Positions 40,201 to 49,200 of a stretch of 64,000 nt of DNA are shown here, in pieces. The notes below the pieces were generated by a model. It was given only the letters and a program-made list of their open reading frames with translations, had not been told where the DNA came from and did no database searches. The position numbers were made by a program, and so were the translations under genes. The first letter of the stretch is position 1; the number at the start of each line of letters is the position of its first letter. Source of the stretch: Pecten maximus (Eukaryota); NCBI RefSeq assembly GCF_902652985.1, contig NC_047027.1, positions 17,112,001-17,176,000 on the forward strand. Reading direction: 5' to 3'.

Positions 40201-43200
40201 ATGTTTCATACTTTAGCTATGTTCCTAAAAAAATAGTTTACTGCTGAGAATTTCTATCCCAATTCAACAGGTTTTTTTTAATGACAAAAAGGCCTCATCC
40301 CAACCCTGTGAAAAAAATCCCTGTTGTTAAGTTGATCTTTACAAAGTACAAAATGATATAGATTTTTCCATGGAACATCAGTAAATGTGCTATTTGTTTA
40401 CAGGTCAGACTCGTCACACAGACGTGGGCGGTGATGGAGAAAAGAAGGATGACCAATCAGGGCTCAAGGTCACCACAACCTTGAAAGGCAGTATGGGTGA
40501 ACGTATCTCCAAGGCTCTACAGAAAGTGGAGGAGAAGAAAAAGAAGCGTGCTGCCAGAAAGGCTCAGGTAGGTCACAGTAAGATTAAATGATAGTGTACA
40601 ATAAGTTAAGATCAGTTCTAAATATAACATTGCACAAGAGGTCAAGGTCAGTTCTAAATGTAAAATTGTACAATAAGTCAAGGTCAGTTCTAAATGTAAT
40701 ATTGTACCATAGGTCAAGGTCAGATCTAGATATAACATGGTACAATAGGTCAAGGTCAGTTCTAAATGTAACATTGCCCAGTAGGTCAAGGTTTTTCTAA
40801 ATATAACTCCATGAATCGGTCAAGGTCATCTGCAAGCAAGTTTATCCTCACTACAACGCCTGATTTTGATATTTTGACACCATTATCCGGTGGAGGAAAT
40901 TGATGTCTGGTTTATCTATTCCAACAAAGATTGACAAAATTTTGCAGATAATGTTGATTAGTTACATCTCCATTACAAACACTTGTGTTGGTTAGTGTTC
41001 CAATAAGAAATCAGCCGGGTGTGATATAAATTGTGGTTGTAGTGGTCAGACCTGTTCAACACCAAGCCTGACGATGACTACGAGGACCCCGCGGACGTGT
41101 CAGCCATTAAGGAAGCCAAAGATAACATGGGTGACTACAAGCTGAAGACGGCTCAGGACTACGTCGTCCCCGACCACCTCAGGATGAATGTGGAGAAGGC
41201 TAGAGGTCGCCTGCTTATCCTAAAGGACATTGTGAGTCAATTATGTTTTATATAGTCAAAGACTTATTCAGGAAGAATTTTCTTTAGGAAATACATGTAA
41301 TTCTAGAATGAATGTTTCGTTTGTTTGTTTTCTAATACTTACCTTTGGATGGCATTACCGAGATGTTAACCAACTTATAGTCTTAAAAGAGGTGTGATTT
41401 AAAAGGACTGGAAATGTCATGCCCCTTATGACATCCTAACTGAGGAAAGTGACAGTTCACTGTCAATCTCAAAGTCAGAAATGGATATTAACTTATCTTA
41501 GTGTAAACCAACTTATTTTATTCTTCTCATACGTTTCCAAGCAAACTATGTTTTTTTCTTATTTTTCTTGTTTTGTTAATTATGAGTTAGAATGATGTCA
41601 TTTACCGTTTAGTTAGAATCAAGATGGTCTCTGTTGTTTTAAATTATAGAATCAACTTACCTTTGTTTTTGGAAATTAAATGACCAGGATTTGTCTACGT
41701 ATATTGCACACATACAATGTATCTTACCTTGGGTCGCAGTGGCCGAGTGGTTAAGGTCTCCCAACACTTTAACACTAGCCCTCCACCTCTGGGTTGCGAG
41801 TTCGAAACCCACATGGTGCAGTTGTCTGGTACTGACCGTAGGCCGGTGGTTTTTCTCCGGATACTCCGGCTTTCCTTCTGGCATGTCCTGAAATGACCCT
41901 GGCTGTTAATAGGACGTTAAATAAAATAACCTACTGTAAATCACTTATATTTCGCGTGGGATTTATTTTCGCGTTAATTCGCGAGGAGAGTCAAACGTGA
42001 ATTAAAATCCCTCGCGAATATTTATATAAGAATGACAAGAATAAGTGGCATCCATTTTGAATATACCGTAATCTTTAGATTTTGAACAGACATCGCCATT
42101 AAAGTAATATTAGAATGATAATTCGCGAAATTATGTATTCGCGAATAAGTCGAATGAGGTGAGTTTGCGAAATTAAGTACTTGCGAAATATAAGTGATTT
42201 ACAGTAACCTAACCTAACCTGTATATAGAAAATTTGAATATGTGGTGGTATTCCAGATTCACGAGCAAAAGTACCACTTTAACCTGCGGCTACTGAAACT
42301 TCGTGACAAGAAATTACACGTGATTGAGGTGATCAAGGAGCTGATCCAACAGCTAGAGAATATCCAGACACACCTGGCACCAGAAAAGTGCAAGTCTATT
42401 CCCCCGATCCCTCGCATGTACCCCGTGGAAACACCGGAAAAGTAAGTCAGCTGTAATTCTACCCAACAATCCATCATTACTGAATGTATTTGAATTTAGC
42501 ACACACCTCCATTGTGAGAATTAACATTTCCAGATTTTATTGTCTTCTTTGGTTCACGGTCAGGTATTAAGCATTTCTTGTTATCACTATTTCTCAAGAA
42601 ATGCAAAATGAATCTTTCTCAAATTTCATGTGAAGGTTCCCCGTGATCCATAGTTAGGCATGCTTATGACTAATGAAAATAAAAATAATGGCTGACAGGC
42701 AGCCATTTTATATTTGGCTTTGTCAGGTTGCTATTACTGTTTCTAAAGATGAATTTCATATATATACGCATGTAAGATATACCCTCAGTCCCTAGATGTA
42801 ACTTTGAGACTGCTTAGAACAACAGGATGACTTACAAGCAGCCATCTTAGATTTTGACAATGGAAGATTGTTCTCACTCTTTCTCAGAAAGTTTACTTTT
42901 GATATGTAGGTATCACTTGGACCTTAGATGTGCTTGTATAACATTTAGAGTGACAGAGTAATCAGTTGAAAAATACTGCCAACAGAAATCTGAAATCTCT
43001 AGTTAATTAGATAAATGAAAACTTTCCATTTCAATCAATCCATTATCAATTTCTAAGTAATAAATAAATCATTTTAATGTCTTGAAATTCAAGGCAACAA
43101 ATAACAAATAATAATAAAAGAAAATATCAAACCTGCGTAGGTCTTATGAAGGACTAAAAACATTTCTGTGTGTATACAGGAAGCTTGAGTACACAAGGGA

Positions 43201-46200
43201 GACCCTGATAGCCTTTAAGAGGGAGAAAGAAGAAGCTGCAGCTGCTGCAAAGGGAGGAGGATCAGGAGGGTTTGGTGGTTTTGGAGGAGGCTCTGATGAT
43301 AAAAAGGTCAGCATGCAGTCTCGTGATTGGTCAATATCATTCAATAGTCAGTCATAATCATCTTGATGTTTGTTTTACTGATTTTAAGAAATTTAATACA
43401 GCTGTATATTCTAATCCATCAAATAATGAGGGCATGCCCAGATACAAATTTGTGGTATACTGGAACCAAAGTAATACAATTGCTCTCTCAACCAGTTTCT
43501 TAAATTTGGTACATATGAGCATCTCATTTTTTGTTTAATTTAGAGCACCAGCTCTGAGATCAACAAAAATAAAATCTTCACTAAGATATATTATTATACA
43601 GTATGTAACCTTGTAACCAGTTCATCCTGACCTATACATATGATGTATTTTTACAGGGTGGAAGACCGTCCCCAACCCCCGGGCAGAAGCATGGCACTGT
43701 GTCCAGTGTTGTCAGCAAAGTCAGTGTAGAGGCCACTGAGGATGGAGTCGAGTTATCTCCCCTTGAAGAGCAAATGAAGGTTGCAGAGGAAATCATGTAA
43801 GTAAAGACTCCTGAATTACACATATAGACACTGTATACATATTTCTTCAGTATTTTTTTTATGTTTTACATTCCGTCATCAGGTAAAATGTTAAAGATGG
43901 AGCAAGTGTCCAGTTTCCATGTGATTTAATCTAATACCAGTATATGATTTGTATTTAACAACATTCTGACTTGATACATCTCAAACCTCCTGTCTGTGTT
44001 ACTGTTTCTCACCTTTGTATTATTTATACAGGATGCTTTACAATCAGGATCATCTGTTGAAGAAAATTGAAGAGCTTCTGAGGGACTTTGATGCTGAGCT
44101 CCGACTTCTCCGACACGACAAGTTCAAGCTGGACATTGTCATGAAGAATGCTGATCTGAGGTATTTTAACATTTTCCTGAAAAACGTTTCTAAACTGAGA
44201 TCAATTCAGATTTTTATACAAAATTTCTTGGTTGATATCTATTAAAATTTTATTTCGATATCTTCAGATTTTGATTCAATTTTTTATAAACGTCTTTGAG
44301 AAGTAGTAATACAGTAGAGAAGCAGAATTACACATCATTTATACATTTAACAGATGGATAATCAGACCAAATCTAGTGTAAAATCATTTGGTAATTATTC
44401 AATATCTCCCATGTTAAGGTTTTATTGTACATTGAAGATATAAATATAATTTTTTCATTACTGACTTTGATGGACAGGTTAGTTTAACTGTTGTTTACAT
44501 TACTGACATTAGTTTGTATTTTGACTAACCTCTTGTTTACATTAATGACATTGGTTGGTACTTTGACTAACCTGTTGTTTACATTTATGACATTTGTGAG
44601 TATTTTGACTTACTGACATTGGTAAGTATTTTGACTAACCAGTTGTTTACATTACTGATATTGGTTGGTATTTCGACTTACCTATTATTTACACTACTGA
44701 CATTGGTTAGTACTTTGACCAACTGGTTGTTTACATTACCGACATTAGTTAGTATTTTGACTAACCTGTTGTTTACATTAATGATATTAGTTAGTATTTT
44801 GACTAACCTGTTGTTTACATTACTGACATTAGTTTGTATTTTGACTAACCTGTTGTTTACATTACTGATATTTGTTAGTATTTTGACTAACATGTTGTTT
44901 ACATTACTGATATTTGTTAGTATTTTGACTAACCTGTTGTTTACATTACTGATATTGGTTAGTATTTTGACTAACCTGTTGTTTACATTAATGACTGACA
45001 TTGGTTGGTATTTTGACTAACCTGTTGTTTACATTTATGACATTTGTGAGTATTTTGACTTACTGACATTGGTAAGTATTTTGACTAACCAGTTGTTTAC
45101 ATTACTGATATTGGTTGGTATTTCGACTTACCTATTATTTACACTACTGACATTGGTTAGTACTTTGACCAACTGGTTGTTTACATTACTGACATTAGTT
45201 AGTATTTTGACTAACCTGTTGTTTACATTAATGATATTAGTTAGTATTTTGACTAACCTGTTGTTTACATTACTGATATTTGTTAGTATTTTGACCAACC
45301 TGTTGTTTATATTCCTGTCATTGTTTGTATTTTGACTAACCTGTTGTTTACATTACTGATATTTGTTAGTATTTTGACTTACCCGTTGTTTACATTACTG
45401 ACATTGGTTAGTATTTTGACTAACCTGTTGTTTACATTAATGATATTTTTTAGTATTTCGACTTACCTATTATTTACATTACTGACATTAGTTAGTATTT
45501 TGACTAACCCGTTGTTTACATTACTGATATTTGTTAATATTTTGACTAACCTGTTGTTTACATTACTGACATTAGTTGCTATTTTGACTAACCTATTATT
45601 TACATTACTGACATTTGTTTGTATTTTGACTAACCAGTTGTTTACATTACTGACATTAGTTTGTATTTTGACTAACCAGTTGTTTACATTACTGATAATT
45701 GTTAGTATTTTGACTAACCTATTATTTACATTACTGATGTAGGTTACTATTATGACTAACCCGTTGTTTACATTACACCTCTTCTGACATTGGTGTTTTG
45801 ACTTTAACCTGTTGTTTATCTTTCAGACAAGTGACCTTGTTTGAGGAGTTTGTTTTGCTGAAGGAGTTTGAGAAGAGAGAGGATGTTCTGGCAGCAAAGG
45901 TTACATCTAAACAACAGGAGAAACTAGATATGCAGCATAAGGTATGTATCTGAAGTAGTAGTCTGTGTTTGTATGCCATTAGATTTCCTAGATATTTGTG
46001 TTTCAGGTGTAACCAGCGTAAAGTATGTGTGGTAAAATTACAAATTTTAATACCGTTAAAGTTACTTTTTTCAAAGGGAATTTATTGTTCACTGATTTTG
46101 ATGAAAGATTATTTTTTAAATGAACCAGAAAAAAATTATAGTCCATTTCATAATTATATAAGATATTTAATCCTTGCTGCCTAATTTTTTTTAATAAACT

Positions 46201-49200
46201 TTTAAAAATTTGACCCATAGAAAATATCTTTATAGTATTAAAATGCTATCAAAAAGGGTAACTGACTAGCCAAGGGTACATGATAGCAAATAAGGGCAAA
46301 TATACACATCCGTCATAAGTTGACATAACTTGTTTTCACAATTGTTGCAAAATAAAGTTTAAATTACATCAGAGTCTTATTTGACCTGTTCCAGATCATC
46401 GACGTCCAGGCCAAGCTGGAAGCGAAGAAGAAGGAGATTGAGAAATTGCTGGAGAGAGAGCGCTCACTTAATACCACCTTCCAGGGATCCCTTGGTGACA
46501 ACAACAAGTTTTCCGACTACCTCTCCAAAGTCTTCAAGAAAAAGATTAAGCGTGCCAAGAAGAAGACAACAGATGAAGGTTTGTAAATCTATAGGTCCTG
46601 GTATCTACAATAAGATTGATCAGTTTGGAAATAGGTGATATCAAATGTCACCTTCTACACAAACACAAATGTGTCCCAATGTTTCAAGACCGATTGGTCA
46701 CATTTGTCAATCTCTAACTCATAGAAGAGGTTGACAAATTTAAAGTGAATGACTTATATCTTGACAAATGGACCAGTTGCTCATGAAATGTCAGTCATAG
46801 GTTGACAAATGGACCAGTCGGTCTTGAAAAGTTGTGACACATACATTGTTTATGTAGAAGGTAACATTTGATAGCATTATCATATACATTGTTTGTGTAG
46901 AAGGTAACATTTGATAGCATTATACGTCCTTGATAGGAATTTTACACATTTGTTAGTAGTCCTGAACATGATTACTTTAAATGTTTCATTTTCGACTTTG
47001 CGGTTTTTAATTTAAAATAAAATCCTGAAAATTTGATACCATGATTATATTATTTGAAGAGAATGTTATGGTCCACTTCCTGATTTCTATGAAAAACATT
47101 CATATTAGTATAGATTTTCAAACTTGGTTCTTTGGACTTAAATAACATCATCTTGTTATTGGATAAAATTGACAATTACAATTTACTGAAAAGGAAGATT
47201 TCATACTTCATATAATTGAAAACTTTATCTACTAAAACTGTCATTTTACAGTTAATCTCTTACCCTGCTTGCACCCAACTTTACATTAAATTTTGAAAAG
47301 AACCACCAGAAAAAAAAACCCACTGTTTGCAGTATTTTGTTCTGAAAAACCTTTCATGGAATACAGTAAGTTTATTTAAAATATGTTTTGTAGGATCTGA
47401 TGATGACAGCGATGAAGACTCAAGTGATGATGATGATTGGGATGAGGATGAGGATGAAGATGATGAGGAGGCAATGGGATATGACCTTGACATCTGTCCA
47501 TCCGGCTGTGACCAGAACCTCTACGACAACACATGTCAGCTGCGTGAGAAACGTCTAGACATTGAGGAAGCGTTGACAGAGGAAAAGAAAAATAATGAGG
47601 CCCTTAAGAAGGAGCTTGACAGTTTTAACAAGAAGGCCAAGGTCATTGATGCAGGACTGAAAACTGCTGCCAACGACCTTGAGGCATTCCAGGTATGAAT
47701 TTTCTGTCATCTAGAAACGCACAGCATAATCCCTATAGACTCTTGACATTACACAAGATATTTATTTTCATAGATTCGATATCATAAAATCTTGTAGCTG
47801 TCAAGCTAAGACCTTAATTCTATGTTAAGCTTCGTGTCTGAATTTGTGATTTTACACATTTGAGTTTGAATTTATATTCATTGTTTCATAATTAAACAGA
47901 AAACAGATTTTGTTGAGGGGTGAAATGGCCTCCAAACTTTGAACATCAAGTGATGAAAATATAGCTCCCTTACGCTACACTTGGCATGCAGTTCACATAC
48001 TTTGGAAATAACACTCTTTGAAACAAGCTGGTTTTGAAAATAAGACACCAACTTTGTCACCAAACAGCCCGGTAAACTTTGGTATATGAGAGACAAGGCA
48101 GGAGTTGGAATAATAGAAAGTTTAGATATGTGATGTTAAGATTTTTGTTGAAATAAGCCCCTGCTCACCAATAAGCTTCTACCCATCAATAAGCACTGCA
48201 CAACAATAATCCACTGCTCACCAATAAGCCTCTACCTGCCAATAAGCCTCTACCCACCAATAACCCCATGTCTTCATTTGTGCAGAATCATCAATTTGTT
48301 CACATATGGTAATGTTAAAAGCCACAGCTTATTTTCAAGAATTTTGAATGTTAAATATTACAAATTCAGCTAGGAATTGTATTGATGTTGTAGCTGGAGA
48401 AACAACAGAAGCTGAACGAACTGGATGTGATTGTGACGCTGAAGCTTCATCAGATCCAATACATGATGAACGGACAGCTCCCTCAGGACTTGTCTCAGAC
48501 TCTTGTGTTCGAGTCCAATGGTGTTGTACGGCTTCAACAACGGATCAAGGAGCTGGAGCATGAGAAACATGCACAGAAGAAACACATGAGGTAAGTCAGA
48601 ATACGATAAAACAGGAGCTGAGGAAAGCTCCAGTACAGTGAAACCTGACTTTACTGACCACTGACTTTAATGACCACTGACTTTACTGACTTTACTGACC
48701 ACTGACTTTACTGACCACTGACTTTACTGATCACTGACTTTAATGACATTGTATAACATCTGACAATATCCACCTGAATAGCAACATATTTCACTGTCAT
48801 TGCCGTCACTGGCTTTACCAACACACTGTCATATCCGACACATTGACTCAGTCTTAACAGTGCCTTCATCTGTTTTTTCACCAATAAAATAAGGTAAAAA
48901 AAACTCCCACCCTCATCTCTTTTTTTAAAAAATTTGCCCCGAGAAAAAAACAACAACTTCTATTTAGTTTTAAGGGGGTCTTATCAATATATTTGTATTT
49001 CTGAGATGATCCTACGGACATTTACAGAACGAGTATGGAAACCAAGGCTTTGTATTTTGCTTACAAATATTTGTTCAGAAAAAATATGACACAGGACATT
49101 TTCTAATTTTTTTCATCCTGTGTGTTTTCCAACAGAGAGTCAAAGCGTAAGCACGTACAACTGATCAAGGACAGGAAAGTGTTTGACAGTAAGATTGGTG

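Noticed and set aside
44619-45742. Hydrophobic multi-TM-like ORFs (LTNLLFTLL...)
   Set aside because: By-product of a 42-bp intronic minisatellite; frames break at indels.
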